64,000 bases of DNA from Erwinia sp. (GTDB lineage: Bacteria; Pseudomonadota; Gammaproteobacteria; Enterobacterales; Enterobacteriaceae), in contig NZ_JBAVTT010000149.1 in the NCBI RefSeq assembly GCF_049696395.1, forward strand, positions 2,044-66,043. Direction: 5' to 3'. Shown here piece after piece: positions 12,179 through 23,150 of the stretch. Below the pieces are notes generated by a model. That model was not told where the DNA came from and did no database searches. It was given only the letters and a program-made list of their open reading frames with translations. Position numbers and translations under genes: made by a program. Every line of letters begins with the position of its first letter. The stretch's first letter is position 1.

Positions 12179-13162
12179 TTAGCGTCTGGAAGGTAGTGCA
12201 GAGATCGCCGTTAGTAAGGTATCCGAAGCCGCCGTCGGTAGCTCGGCATCAACCGGCAGATACCACCAGTTATCATCCGCAAAAGCCCGGACCTTGACCG
12301 CGTCTTTTTCTGTCATTAATAACGTCTCGCCCGGCGTTAGCAGAACAGACAGCTGCGCCTTTTGGTAAGACTGATGATCGGCAAAAGGCACTTCTCTGAC
12401 GGGTGTAATACCCTGGAGATGGAGGGTGGCAAAGAAGCGAGGAGGATGACCGATACCGGCCATGGCGACCACATTTTCCAGCATCGTCACCGGACGCGTT
12501 TCACCACTGCGGATATTGACGGCATGAGCAGGGACAAGTTGCATCGCTACCTCTCCCGCCTGCGCCTCACCGCCGTTGACGATGATGGCATCCACGCTAT
12601 TCAAACGGGAAGCACGTTCGCGCATCGGGCCTGCGGGCAACCACCAGCCATTGCCGAAACGGCGCTTGCCATCCACCACCACGATTTCGAAATCTCTCGC
12701 CAGTGCGTAATGTTGCAGACCGTCGTCGGTAATGATGATATCGATATTGCCGCGATCGGTGAGCGCCTGAACAGCCTCTCTTCTGACAGGAGAGACCGCA
12801 ACCGCTGCCCCTGTGCGCTGATAAATCAGCACAGGTTCATCACCAGCCTGATCCGTAGTGGTGTTGTCATCCAACACCAGCGGATAACGTTCAGCCTTCC
12901 CACCGTAACCTCTTGAGACGACGCCCGGGCGCAGGCCTCGTTGCTGTAAAGCCTGCACCAGCCAGATGACAACCGGCGTTTTTCCGTTGCCTCCGGCTGT
13001 CAGATTGCCAACCACCACTACCGGAACAGGAGCACGCCACGCTTTACGTAAGCCCCAGACATAGCTGAGGCGTATCAGGTTACTGATCAGGCCATACAGC
13101 CAGCTTAGCGGAACCAGCAACAGATAAAGCGCGGAGCGCCCGCTCCAGATGCGTTCAATCAT
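12179..13162 (-). CDS. lpxK: Tetraacyldisaccharide 4'-kinase
   Basis: 327 aa with P-loop [12 protein letters not shown]. 4-nt overlap with msbA. Confidence 0.95.
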   Translation of the reverse strand: MIERIWSGRSALYLLLVPLSWLYGLISNLIRLSYVWGLRKAWRAPVPVVVVGNLTAGGNGKTPVVIWLVQALQQRGLRPGVVSRGYGGKAERYPLVLDDNTTTDQAGDEPVLIYQRTGAAVAVSPVRREAVQALTDRGNIDIIITDDGLQHYALARDFEIVVVDGKRRFGNGWWLPAGPMRERASRLNSVDAIIVNGGEAQAGEVAMQLVPAHAVNIRSGETRPVTMLENVVAMAGIGHPPRFFATLHLQGITPVREVPFADHQSYQKAQLSVLLTPGETLLMTEKDAVKVRAFADDNWWYLPVDAELPTAASDTLLTAISALPSRR

Positions 13163-14907
13163 TGACCAAACTGCATCTTATGAAGCTGAGCATACACACC
13201 ACGCTGTTCCAGCAGATCGGCATGGCTTCCGCGTTCAACAATGTAACCGTCTTCCACAACCACAATCTCATCTGCCTTCTCAATCGTAGAAAGGCGGTGA
13301 GCAATGACCAGTGAAGTGCGGTTTTTCTGCAATTCATCCAGCGCAGACTGGATTGCGCGCTCGGACTCGGTATCGAGTGCCGAAGTCGCTTCATCCAGGA
13401 TCAGGATTGGACAGTCACGCAGCAACGCACGCGCAATCGCAATACGCTGGCGCTGGCCGCCGGAAAGCAGCACGCCATTTTCGCCAATCATGGTATCCAG
13501 CCCTTTATCCATCTTATTGATGAAGTCCATGGCATGGGCCATTGTTGCGGCTTTTTCGATCTCTTCACGGCTGTACTTGTCGTTACGGGCGTAGGCAATG
13601 TTATTCGCCACCGTATCGTTAAACAGATGCACGTTCTGTGAAACCAGCGCAACCTGATTACGCAGTGAACTGAGCGTATACTCGCGCAGGTCGTGACCAT
13701 CCATCAGAATTTCGCCCTGCTGGATATCGTAGAAACGGGTCATCAGGCTGGCAATCGTAGACTTACCTGAACCTGAACGCCCCACCAGCGCAACAGTTCT
13801 CCCTGCCGGGATAGCCAGGTTAATGTTGTGCAGCGCAGGCGCTTCACGGCCAGGATAGGTGAAGGTCACATTGCGGAATTCAACGTCACCTTTAGCGCGT
13901 TCAATGACACGTGTGCCGGTATCGGTTTCCTGCTCGGTATCCAGAATGGAGAACAGTGTCTGACAGGCCGCCATGCCGCGCTGGAACTGGGCATTGACGT
14001 TAGTCAGTGACTTCAGCGGACGCATCAGGGCAATCATCGAAGAGAAGACAACGGTGATAGTACCGGCCGTCAGCGTTTCCATCACGCTTGGGAAGCTTGC
14101 GGCATACAGCACGAAAGCCAGCGCCAGTGAAGCGATCAGCTGGATGATAGGATCAGAGATCGAGGACGCAGAGACCAGTTTCATGCCCTGCTGGCGCATA
14201 TGGTTGCTGACGCGAGCGAAACGCTGGCTTTCCACTTCCTGGCCACCAAAGATCAGCACCTCTTTATGCCCTTTCAGCATCTGCTCAGCACTGGTGGTCA
14301 CATGTCCCATGGTGTTTTGCATCGTTTTGCTGATGTTTCTGAAGCGCTTGGAAACCGTACGGATGGCAAAAGAGACAATCGGAGCCAGTAAAATCAGGAT
14401 CAGCGACAGCTGCCAGCTGTAGTAGAACATCATGATGAACAGGCCAATAATCGAGGCCCCTTCACGGACTACGGTTACCAATGCACTGGAAGAAGAGGAA
14501 GCAACCTGCTCGGAGTCGTAGGTGATGCGCGAAAGTAGCGTCCCTGTAGACTGCTGATCGAAGAAGGCAACCGGCATTCCCATCATATGGCTGAACAGGC
14601 GACGGCGCATACTCATCACCACGTTGCCGGAAACCCAGGAGATGCAGTAACTAGAGATATAACTGGTGACGCCACGGATTAACATTAAACCCATAACCGC
14701 CAGAGGCATCCAAAGCAGCACGGAAGAGTCAGCCTTACCAAAACCGTCATCCAGCAACGGTTTCAGCAGTGACAGCATTAATGTATCTCCCGCTGCGTTC
14801 AGTACCAGTGCTACCGCAGCCACAATCAACCCGGGTTTAAACGGTTTGATCATCGGCCAGAGGCGACGGAATGTCTGCCAGGTGGAGAGATCTTTTTCCT
14901 GATGCAT
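13159..14907 (-). CDS. msbA: Lipid A/LPS flippase ABC transporter MsbA
   Basis: 582 aa with Walker [10 protein letters not shown], signature LSGGQRQR and Walker B ILILDEA. Confidence 0.97.
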   Translation of the reverse strand: MHQEKDLSTWQTFRRLWPMIKPFKPGLIVAAVALVLNAAGDTLMLSLLKPLLDDGFGKADSSVLLWMPLAVMGLMLIRGVTSYISSYCISWVSGNVVMSMRRRLFSHMMGMPVAFFDQQSTGTLLSRITYDSEQVASSSSSALVTVVREGASIIGLFIMMFYYSWQLSLILILLAPIVSFAIRTVSKRFRNISKTMQNTMGHVTTSAEQMLKGHKEVLIFGGQEVESQRFARVSNHMRQQGMKLVSASSISDPIIQLIASLALAFVLYAASFPSVMETLTAGTITVVFSSMIALMRPLKSLTNVNAQFQRGMAACQTLFSILDTEQETDTGTRVIERAKGDVEFRNVTFTYPGREAPALHNINLAIPAGRTVALVGRSGSGKSTIASLMTRFYDIQQGEILMDGHDLREYTLSSLRNQVALVSQNVHLFNDTVANNIAYARNDKYSREEIEKAATMAHAMDFINKMDKGLDTMIGENGVLLSGGQRQRIAIARALLRDCPILILDEATSALDTESERAIQSALDELQKNRTSLVIAHRLSTIEKADEIVVVEDGYIVERGSHADLLEQRGVYAQLHKMQFGQ

Positions 14908-14943
14908 TATTTAACCAGCTTTAATTGAAAATAGCCGCTCATT

Positions 14944-17208
14944 CTACCTGGAATAACGTGGTACGCCAAACCACTGATGATACCATCGGCTCATTATTTG
15001 CGCTCTCAGACGGCTAACTTCCCAGTTTTTCTCAAAAAACCGGACGCTGAGCTGCCCTTCAAGCGCCGTGTCATACCAGCTGTAGTGATTCTCTTTGTAT
15101 CGGGAAATCACTTTTTCCGCCGGTAATTTCCATGCACTGTAACGAGCAGCAGAAGCCAGCGCCACCTTCCCGCCTACAGCTCTGAGCAGAGGGGGGACTG
15201 AAGACGTTGAACTGCCGTGGTGAGGCACCTGCAAGATATCCGCACGTAAAGCCTCCCGGTTTAAACGGACTAAATCATACTCAGCCTGAGCTTCGATATC
15301 GCCCGTTAACAGCACTCGCCATTTTCCGTCGCTCACCCTCAGCACGCAGGATTGATTGTTACCGGCTTTCCCTTGCCCCGGTGGTGGCCAAAGAACTCTG
15401 AGAGACAAATTCTGCCAACGCCAGTTTACCCCTTGCTCACAAGGGAAATGCCCTTGCCCTGCCAGCCCGCTGTGTATTACCGCTGCAGGAAAAGCGGCCT
15501 GAAGACTCTTCAGGCCGCCAATATGGTCCAGATGACCGTGACTGAGGACGATATGGTTAACCTCAAGCCCTTGCCAGTTCAGCCAGGGAATGATCTGGCT
15601 CTTAGCCGCATCACCACCGGGCCAACTGTTGCCGGTATCATAAACCAGCGCTTCACCTCCGGACGAAATCACTACCGCAAGGCCATGTCCAATATCCAGC
15701 ATATCCAGCCGCCACTTTGGTTCTTCACTATTTAGCCGCCAGCAGGCTAAGGCCAGACAAAAACCAGCCAGAGCGGCTGGCGAGGAACGCCACCAGTTGA
15801 AACGCCAACTGACTACAGCTGCCCAAATAACAGCACAGATCAACAGCGCCTGCTTGTCCACTGACCACCAGCCCGAAGGCAACCAGGCCAGAGGGACAAA
15901 CACCCCTTCAAGTGACCTGTCGGCCAGCCACCAAAATCCCTGACTGACTTGTGCTAAAGGCAAAAAACTTAGCGCGCACAGAATAAGCGGGACGGTCAGG
16001 AATGTGACCAACGGGACGGCCCACAAATTAGCGATTAAAGCACTGAGACTGAAGCCATGAAAAATCATCAGTTGCATGGGCATTAACAGTAAAAATATAC
16101 CCACCTGAAGATGAAGCAGTTGCAAGGGTAGCCAGCGTTTCTTACCGGTGAATGTCGTCGGTAAGGGGAACCAATGGAACCACAACAATAATCCCGCTAC
16201 CGCCACAGCAGAAAGCCACAGACTGTCTGAAAGTAGGCTCAGAGGATCGAAGAACAGAATACACCCAATACACACCCCCCAAACCTGCCAGTTGCTACAA
16301 CGAACGCCTGCCATGCGTAACCCGCTCCAGATGCCGACGGCTAACGTTGCCCTGACTGACGGAGGGTTGGCTCCCGCAAGCCAGCAGTAGAGTAACGCGA
16401 CAAGCACACTGCAAATCAAAGGGAAACGATAGCCAATCCATGCCGCTCTGAAAGCAATCTGCACACCTCTGGCGAACAGCCAACCCACACTGGCAGCCAG
16501 ACTGATGTGCATCCCGGAAATGGCCATCAGGTGCGCCGTTCCCGTCTCTCTTAGTAACTGTGACATCTGTAGACTAATGTCCCCCCGCTCGCCAAAAGCT
16601 AGCGCAGAGAGGATTGCCTGCCAGGAATACCCAGCGTAAAACCCTCGGCTGCGTTGAATGATCCTTTCACGCCAGTTGCAGGTGTCATCTACAGCAGCCA
16701 GCGAGACTATTTTCCCGGTCAGCGGCGTGCTGTTCGCCAGAGCGAACCTTTGCGCGTCAAACCCGCCTTCATTTAACCGGGCATGAACGGGTCTGAGCTT
16801 CAGCGTCATTTGCCAACGCTGGCCGCTACAAAATGACTCAGACAGCTCTTTACTACTGACTAAAGCATATACCGGAGGGAACAGCCTTTGTCCTGCAACG
16901 CTGACAATCCGCAGTTTTAGCCGCTGAGAGTTATGCAGCACAGAGTCTATTGTTGTAGTAGTAGTCAGCGTCTTTGCGGACAACGTGACAATCTGTTCTG
17001 ACAGGCTCCTTGCCGCCATTACAGCCCAAAGAAACAGCAAAACGCACACAGCGATGTCTTTCATCCAACGCTGGCGCTGCATCACTAAGTACAAAGAAGG
17101 AAGGATCAGCCAGAGGTCATAGCGGGCGGCAGGAAGCCGGGAAAGAAAAGTAAGAGGGAGCGAGGCAATGATTACCCACATGGCAAGACGGCTTAAACTG
17201 TAAGGCAT
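14944..17208 (-). CDS. ycaI: ComEC/Rec2-family inner-membrane protein (YcaI)
   Basis: 754 aa, polytopic membrane region plus C-terminal metallo-beta-lactamase motif LSHGHLDHIGG. Same position as E. coli ycaI. Confidence 0.9.
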   Translation of the reverse strand: MPYSLSRLAMWVIIASLPLTFLSRLPAARYDLWLILPSLYLVMQRQRWMKDIAVCVLLFLWAVMAARSLSEQIVTLSAKTLTTTTTIDSVLHNSQRLKLRIVSVAGQRLFPPVYALVSSKELSESFCSGQRWQMTLKLRPVHARLNEGGFDAQRFALANSTPLTGKIVSLAAVDDTCNWRERIIQRSRGFYAGYSWQAILSALAFGERGDISLQMSQLLRETGTAHLMAISGMHISLAASVGWLFARGVQIAFRAAWIGYRFPLICSVLVALLYCWLAGANPPSVRATLAVGIWSGLRMAGVRCSNWQVWGVCIGCILFFDPLSLLSDSLWLSAVAVAGLLLWFHWFPLPTTFTGKKRWLPLQLLHLQVGIFLLLMPMQLMIFHGFSLSALIANLWAVPLVTFLTVPLILCALSFLPLAQVSQGFWWLADRSLEGVFVPLAWLPSGWWSVDKQALLICAVIWAAVVSWRFNWWRSSPAALAGFCLALACWRLNSEEPKWRLDMLDIGHGLAVVISSGGEALVYDTGNSWPGGDAAKSQIIPWLNWQGLEVNHIVLSHGHLDHIGGLKSLQAAFPAAVIHSGLAGQGHFPCEQGVNWRWQNLSLRVLWPPPGQGKAGNNQSCVLRVSDGKWRVLLTGDIEAQAEYDLVRLNREALRADILQVPHHGSSTSSVPPLLRAVGGKVALASAARYSAWKLPAEKVISRYKENHYSWYDTALEGQLSVRFFEKNWEVSRLRAQIMSRWYHQWFGVPRYSR

Positions 17209-17371
17209 GACGGTTCTCCATTATTCCGTCGGCAGATCTTATCCTCACTGCCCAGGCTGTTGCAGCCGCAGGTTTTCTGCCCTGTTAACTGCTGTGCACT
17301 CTTTTGAATTGTCTTTCAGCGCCACCCTTTTTATTGCGCAGCTGCCCGCAAAGCCGGGCTAAATAACAGGC

Positions 17372-17400
17372 AAAAAAAAACGACACCGAAGTGTCGTTTT
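17372..17400 (-). terminator. Rho-independent terminator of ihfB
   Basis: Minus strand: AAAACGACAC-ttcg-GTGTCG followed by TTTTTTTTTG. Confidence 0.75.
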
Positions 17401-17419
17401 ATCGCGTAGTGCTTCAGCG

Positions 17420-17704
17420 TTAGCCGTAGATATTTGCACGGTCACGCAACTCTTTACCTGGCTTGAAGTGTGGAACGTATTTACCTTCCAACTCCACTTT
17501 GTCACCCGTTTTCGGGTTACGGCCGGTACGAGGCGCGCGGTAATGCAAAGAAAAACTGCCGAAACCCCGGATTTCAATGCGTTCGCCCTGGGCCAAAGTG
17601 GTCGCCATGTGCTCAAGCATCTCTTTTACCGCATCCTCAACGACTTTCGCCGGAATATGAGAGTGCTGGCCAGCAAGTCTTTCAATAAGTTCTGACTTGG
17701 TCAT
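17420..17704 (-). CDS. ihfB: Integration host factor beta subunit
   Basis: 94 aa, [11 protein letters not shown]...[12 protein letters not shown]. Confidence 0.97.
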   Translation of the reverse strand: MTKSELIERLAGQHSHIPAKVVEDAVKEMLEHMATTLAQGERIEIRGFGSFSLHYRAPRTGRNPKTGDKVELEGKYVPHFKPGKELRDRANIYG

Positions 17705-17789
17705 AAATCCTCCGGTAAATTCCTGTTGGAAAAGCTCTGACAGTAACGGCTATTTCAGGGCAGCTTACGCCGCCCTGATGCAAAAGCAA

Positions 17790-19463
17790 TTACTCGCCTT
17801 TAGCTGCTTTGAAAGCTTCAGCCATAGCGTTAGAGAAGTTGCCTTCTTCCTGTTTGGTGTTAACAGTAGCAATGGCTTCTTTCTCGTCGGCCTGGTCTTT
17901 TGCACGAACAGACAGGCTAACAACGCGGTTTTTACGGTCAACACCGGTGAATTTGGCTTCAACATCGTCGCCAACATTCAGAACCAGAGTTGCGTCTTCT
18001 ACGCGGTCAACTGAAGCTTCAGAAGCGCGCAGGTAACCTTCAACGCCGTCTGCCAGTTCAACTGTAGCACCTTTAGCATCAACAGCAGTCACTTTACCGT
18101 TAACAATGGCACCTTTCTTGTTCAGAGAGATGTAGTTGTTGAACGGGTCTTCTGCCAGCTGCTTAACGCCCAGGGAGATGCGCTCGCGCTCTGCGTCAAC
18201 TTGCAGTACAACAGCAGCGATTTCGTCGCCTTTCTTGTATTCACGAACTGCTTCTTCTCCGGTAGCGTTCCAGGAGATGTCAGACAGGTGAACCAGGCCG
18301 TCGATGCCGCCGTCCAGGCCGATGAAGATACCGAAGTCAGTGATTGACTTGATTTTACCTTCAACACGGTCGCCCTTGTTGTGGGTTTCTGCAAACTGCT
18401 GCCATGGGTTGTTTTTACACTGCTTCAGACCCAGGGAGATACGACGACGTTCTTCGTCGATATCCAGAACCATAACTTCAACAACATCGCCAACGTTAAC
18501 AACTTTGGACGGATGGATGTTTTTGTTGGTCCAATCCATTTCTGAAACGTGTACCAGGCCTTCAACGCCTTCTTCGATTTCAACGAAGCAGCCGTAGTCG
18601 GTCAGGTTAGTTACACGGCCAGTCAGACGAGTCCCTTCTGGGTAACGCTTAGCGATAGCGACCCAAGGATCTTCGCCCAGCTGTTTCAGACCCAGAGACA
18701 CACGGGTACGCTCGCGGTCGAACTTCAGCACTTTAACAGTGATTTCGTCGCCCACGTTGACAATTTCGCTTGGATGCTTAACGCGTTTCCATGCCATGTC
18801 AGTGATGTGCAACAGGCCATCAACGCCGCCCAGATCAACGAATGCACCGTAGTCAGTCAGGTTCTTAACGATACCTTTAACTTCCATGCCTTCCTGCAGG
18901 TTTTCCAGCAGCTGATCGCGCTCTGCGCTGTTTTCGGATTCGATAACCGCACGACGTGAAACAACCACGTTGTTACGTTTCTGATCCAGCTTGATGACTT
19001 TGAATTCAAGCTCTTTGCCTTCCAGGTGCAGAGTGTCACGCACTGGACGCACATCAACCAGGGAACCTGGCAGGAACGCGCGAATGCCGTTCAGCTCAAC
19101 AGTGAAGCCGCCTTTAACTTTGCCGTTGATAACACCGGTAACAGTTTCAGCTTCTTCGTAAGCTTTCTCCAGCGTGATCCAGGCTTCGTGACGCTTAGCT
19201 TTCTCACGGGACAGCAGAGTTTCACCGAAGCCGTCTTCTACCGCATCCAGTGCAACGTCAACTTCGTCGCCAACCTGGATTTCCAGTTCGCCGGCTGCGT
19301 TCTTGAACTGCTCTGCAGGGATTGCAGATTCAGATTTCAGACCCGCATCAACCAGAACGATGTCTTTGTCGATAGAGACAACAACACCACGAACGATGGA
19401 ACCCGGACGGGTTTCGATTGTTTTTAAGGATTCTTCAAATAGTTGAGCAAAAGATTCAGTCAT
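17790..19463 (-). CDS. rpsA: 30S ribosomal protein S1
   Basis: 557 aa, [14 protein letters not shown]..., six S1 repeats. Confidence 0.98.
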   Translation of the reverse strand: MTESFAQLFEESLKTIETRPGSIVRGVVVSIDKDIVLVDAGLKSESAIPAEQFKNAAGELEIQVGDEVDVALDAVEDGFGETLLSREKAKRHEAWITLEKAYEEAETVTGVINGKVKGGFTVELNGIRAFLPGSLVDVRPVRDTLHLEGKELEFKVIKLDQKRNNVVVSRRAVIESENSAERDQLLENLQEGMEVKGIVKNLTDYGAFVDLGGVDGLLHITDMAWKRVKHPSEIVNVGDEITVKVLKFDRERTRVSLGLKQLGEDPWVAIAKRYPEGTRLTGRVTNLTDYGCFVEIEEGVEGLVHVSEMDWTNKNIHPSKVVNVGDVVEVMVLDIDEERRRISLGLKQCKNNPWQQFAETHNKGDRVEGKIKSITDFGIFIGLDGGIDGLVHLSDISWNATGEEAVREYKKGDEIAAVVLQVDAERERISLGVKQLAEDPFNNYISLNKKGAIVNGKVTAVDAKGATVELADGVEGYLRASEASVDRVEDATLVLNVGDDVEAKFTGVDRKNRVVSLSVRAKDQADEKEAIATVNTKQEEGNFSNAMAEAFKAAKGE

Positions 19464-19591
19464 ATTGATAATCTTATGGATTCTTCAATTTAACGTCCAC
19501 CTGACATCCTGACGGGTGGGGTTGTTTCACATGCCCCATGACGTCCATATCACAGGGTTAAGAGATTCATACGGACCGTCTGGCCCGTGAT

Positions 19592-20278
19592 TCACTGCGG
19601 CAATGACAACTTTTCACGCGCATAATTGAGTGCAGTTTCAATAACTTGCTCAATTGACATGCTGGTTGAATCCAGCACCAGCGCATCGTCTGCCGGTATC
19701 AGTGGTGCAATGGCGCGATTACGATCGCGGTCATCACGTTCCTTTATCTCGGATAAAAGGCGCTCAAAGTTAACATTAAAGCCTTTATCCTGCAACTGTA
19801 GCATACGACGGTGCGCGCGCTCTTCCGAACTGGCATCCAGAAAGATTTTCACCGGTGCATCCGGGAAAACTACTGTACCCATATCGCGACCATCAGCAAT
19901 CAAACCTGGCGCATCCCTGAAGGCACGTTGGCGACGCAGCAAAGCCTCACGCACGCGCGGGAAAGCAGCCACTTTTGATGCGGTGTTGCTGACATCCTGA
20001 GTACGGATTTCGCCAGAAACATCCTCGCCTTCCAGAATCACTTCCATCTCGCCGTTGGTCGAGACAAAACGGACATCGAGATGGGCTGCAATCGGCACCA
20101 GTGCTTCTTCAGAGGTCATATCCACCTGATGATGCAAGGCGGCCAGTGCCAGTACGCGATAAATCGCGCCCGAATCCAGCAGATGCCACTGCAAGGCTTC
20201 AGCCATTGCTTTACACAAGGTCCCTTTACCAGCACCGCTTGGGCCATCAATGGTGATAACCGGGGCTATAGCCGTCAT
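19592..20278 (-). CDS. cmk: Cytidylate kinase
   Basis: 228 aa with P-loop GPSGAGKGT. Confidence 0.96.
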   Translation of the reverse strand: MTAIAPVITIDGPSGAGKGTLCKAMAEALQWHLLDSGAIYRVLALAALHHQVDMTSEEALVPIAAHLDVRFVSTNGEMEVILEGEDVSGEIRTQDVSNTASKVAAFPRVREALLRRQRAFRDAPGLIADGRDMGTVVFPDAPVKIFLDASSEERAHRRMLQLQDKGFNVNFERLLSEIKERDDRDRNRAIAPLIPADDALVLDSTSMSIEQVIETALNYAREKLSLPQ

Positions 20279-20449
20279 CTCTTTCTCCTGTCGGTGGAAT
20301 GCCAGTTAACTGCTCAGGCAAATATCGACGGGCATTATACGCAGCTTATGCAAGGATCGTTACCCCTTAAGCCTGGTCGAGATTAAATTATTTGTCAGCT
20401 TAATTGTGAGGATGAGGGGAACAACCTTGCAGGACGTGAGTTGGCTCGC

Positions 20450-20477
20450 AATCCGCTGCACCTGAATGCAGCGGATT
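20450..20477 (-). terminator. 11-bp GC-rich hairpin 7 nt after the aroA stop; possible terminator or mRNA-stabilising stem
   Basis: AATCCGCTGCA-6 nt-TGCAGCGGATT. No U-tract on the minus strand. Confidence 0.35.
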
Positions 20478-20484
20478 TGCAGAA

Positions 20485-21771
20485 TTATGCCAACTGACTG
20501 ATACGAGCCAGCTGCTCGAAATAGTCAGGGAAGGTTTTAGCGGTACAGCCTGGATCGAGAATAGTCACCGGCGTTGAAGATAAAGCCACCAGCGAGAAGC
20601 ACATCGCCATGCGGTGGTCGTTGTAAGTTCCGATTTCAGCAAACTTCAGCGCTGCTGGAGGCGTTACACGAATGTAGTCATGCCCCTCTTCCACTTCAGC
20701 GCCCACTTTACGCAACTCCGTCGCCATTGCAGCCAGACGATCGGTTTCCTTCACGCGCCAGTTATAGATGTTACGCATCACCGTGGTGCCTTTAGCAAAC
20801 AGTGCCGCAGTAGCAATGGTCATCGCCGCATCAGGAATATGGTTCATATCCAGATCGATAGCGTTGAGCTCACCACGAGTGCAGGAAATATAGTCATCGC
20901 CCCACTCAATCACCGCGCCCATTTGCTCCAGCACATCGGCAAAACGAATATCCCCCTGCATGCTGTTACGACCAATGCCGGTCACCTTAACTGTGCCGCC
21001 TTTGATGGCCGCAGCCGCCAGGAAATAGGAAGCCGAAGAAGCATCACCTTCCACCAGGTAGTCGCCAGGTGAAACATACTGCTGATTAGCAGCGATATGG
21101 AATTCGCGATAGTTATCATTCTTCACTTCAACGCCAAACGTGCGCATCAGGTTCAGCGTGATATCAATATAAGGTTTGGAGACGAGATCGCCCTTGATCA
21201 CAATTTTGGTGTCGTTCGGCGCTAACGGAGCCGTCATCAGCAAAGCCGTCAGAAACTGGCTGGAGACACTACCATCAACCGACACTTCGCCACCGCTAAA
21301 CCCCCCCTTCAGATGCAGCGGTGGGTAATCGGTTTGCTCGAGGTAGCTGACTTCAGCGCCACCCTGACGCAGCGCATCAACCAGGTGCCCAATCGGACGC
21401 TCTTTCATCCGTGGCTCACCGGTCAACACAATGTCATTACTTCCCAGGCAGAGAGCGGCAGCCAGCGGGCGCATTGCGGTACCTGCGTTACCTAAAAACA
21501 GTTCTACCGGGCCTTCCGCATGCAGTGGACCACCCTGACCGGTCACTTCACAGACTGTCCGATCGTCGGAAAGCGAATAGCTGACGTTCAGCGCTTTCAG
21601 TGCGGTCAGCATATGACGCACATCATCACTGTCCAGCAGATTGGTCAGGCGTGTGGTGCCTTTAGCCAGCGCCGCCAGCAGTAAAGCGCGGTTCGACACG
21701 CTTTTAGAGCCAGGTAAGTTTACGGTGCCGTCTACCAGCGCGATCGGTTGTAGGGTCAGGGATTCCAACAT
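20485..21771 (-). CDS. aroA: 3-phosphoshikimate 1-carboxyvinyltransferase (EPSP synthase)
   Basis: ORF track 20485..21789 starts at a TTG. The ATG at 21771 gives [10 protein letters not shown]..., matching the E. coli AroA N-terminus; the ATG at 21780 is an alternative. Motif [11 protein letters not shown] is present. Confidence 0.95.
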   Translation of the reverse strand: MLESLTLQPIALVDGTVNLPGSKSVSNRALLLAALAKGTTRLTNLLDSDDVRHMLTALKALNVSYSLSDDRTVCEVTGQGGPLHAEGPVELFLGNAGTAMRPLAAALCLGSNDIVLTGEPRMKERPIGHLVDALRQGGAEVSYLEQTDYPPLHLKGGFSGGEVSVDGSVSSQFLTALLMTAPLAPNDTKIVIKGDLVSKPYIDITLNLMRTFGVEVKNDNYREFHIAANQQYVSPGDYLVEGDASSASYFLAAAAIKGGTVKVTGIGRNSMQGDIRFADVLEQMGAVIEWGDDYISCTRGELNAIDLDMNHIPDAAMTIATAALFAKGTTVMRNIYNWRVKETDRLAAMATELRKVGAEVEEGHDYIRVTPPAALKFAEIGTYNDHRMAMCFSLVALSSTPVTILDPGCTAKTFPDYFEQLARISQLA

Positions 21772-21791
21772 GCGAAACATATTCTCCAAAT

Positions 21792-21826
21792 AAAAAACAC
21801 TAAAACCCCGCAGCCTTGCGGGGTTT
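21792..21826 (-). terminator. Intra-operon hairpin/attenuator between serC and aroA
   Basis: Minus strand: AAACCCCGC-aaggct-GCGGGGTTT followed by TAGTGTTTTTTATTT. Confidence 0.5.
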
Positions 21827-21853
21827 CAACTTGCCAAGAGCTATCCGGTGGTC

Positions 21854-22939
21854 TTAACCGTGACGACGCTCGAAATCGATCATAAAGTCGGTCAATGCTT
21901 TCACACCTTCCAACGGCATCGCATTATAAATAGAAGCGCGCATGCCGCCCACTACACGGTGGCCTTTCAATGCATGTAAGCCAGCCGCTACAGATTCGTC
22001 GAGGAACACTTTATCCAGCGAAGAATCAGCCAACAGGAAAGGCACATTCATACGGGAACGGTTTGCCATAGCCACTTCGTTACGGTAGAAATCGCTGTTA
22101 TCGATAGTGCTGTACAACAAATCGGCTTTAGCCTGGTTGCGCTTATCCAGTTCAGCAACGCCGCCCTGCTCTTTCAGCCATTTGAACACCAGACCAGACA
22201 GGTACCAGGCGAAGGTTGGAGGCGTATTGAACATCGACTCGTTTTCGCTGAGGACCTGATAATCCAGGATCGAAGGCAGTTCTTTCTTCGCTTTACCCAG
22301 CAGATCTTCACGAACGATCACCAGCGTCAGGCCAGCAGGACCAATGTTCTTCTGCGCGCCTGCGTAGATAACGCCGTAACGATTGATATCCAGCGGGGAA
22401 GAAAGAATGGTGGAGGAGAGATCGGCTACCACAACTTTGTCGCCAAAATCTGGCTCTTCATTAATGGCAACGCCATCAATGGTTTCATTCGGACAGTAGT
22501 GAACGTAGGCAGCATCGTCAGACAGTGCCCAACTGCTCATTGGCGTGATCGCCCGTAGCCCCTCTACCTTGGTTTGTGCATCAATGACGTTAGGCGTGCA
22601 GTATTTCAACGCTTCTTTGATAGCGCTGTGTGCCCAATAGCCACCGTCAACGTAATCGGCGGTGGTCTTATTGCCTAACAGGTTCATTGGGACAGCCGCG
22701 AACTGAGCTCGCGCACCACCGTGACAGAACAACACTTTGTAGTTGGAAGGGATTTTTAACAGGTCACGAAAATCTTTCTCTGCCTCTTCGGCAACCTGAA
22801 TAAATTCTTTACTGCGATGGCTAATCTCCATCACTGAGGTGCCTAATCCCTGCCAGTTACGCAGTTCCTGTTCTGCGCGACGCAGAACTTCCGCCGGCAG
22901 CATCGCTGGGCCGGAGCTAAAATTGAAAACCTGACTCAT
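21854..22939 (-). CDS. serC: Phosphoserine aminotransferase
   Basis: 361 aa, [15 protein letters not shown]... Confidence 0.97.
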   Translation of the reverse strand: MSQVFNFSSGPAMLPAEVLRRAEQELRNWQGLGTSVMEISHRSKEFIQVAEEAEKDFRDLLKIPSNYKVLFCHGGARAQFAAVPMNLLGNKTTADYVDGGYWAHSAIKEALKYCTPNVIDAQTKVEGLRAITPMSSWALSDDAAYVHYCPNETIDGVAINEEPDFGDKVVVADLSSTILSSPLDINRYGVIYAGAQKNIGPAGLTLVIVREDLLGKAKKELPSILDYQVLSENESMFNTPPTFAWYLSGLVFKWLKEQGGVAELDKRNQAKADLLYSTIDNSDFYRNEVAMANRSRMNVPFLLADSSLDKVFLDESVAAGLHALKGHRVVGGMRASIYNAMPLEGVKALTDFMIDFERRHG

Positions 22940-23150
22940 TTCCCCTCACCACTTTCAGATCAATCGATTGCTATTCTGCTATCGGTTTTATCATTGCCCT
23001 TCCCTGCCTGCAATGATTAATCGGGTCAGCCGACCAGTTCCGGAAAGATGCCAGCCCGCGACAACAGGAATTTCCCCCCTCGCGTAGCAGATCGGACAGA
23101 AACCCCGTATCATTGCGCACTTTCGGCACAACCCAAAACGAGTGGGCACT

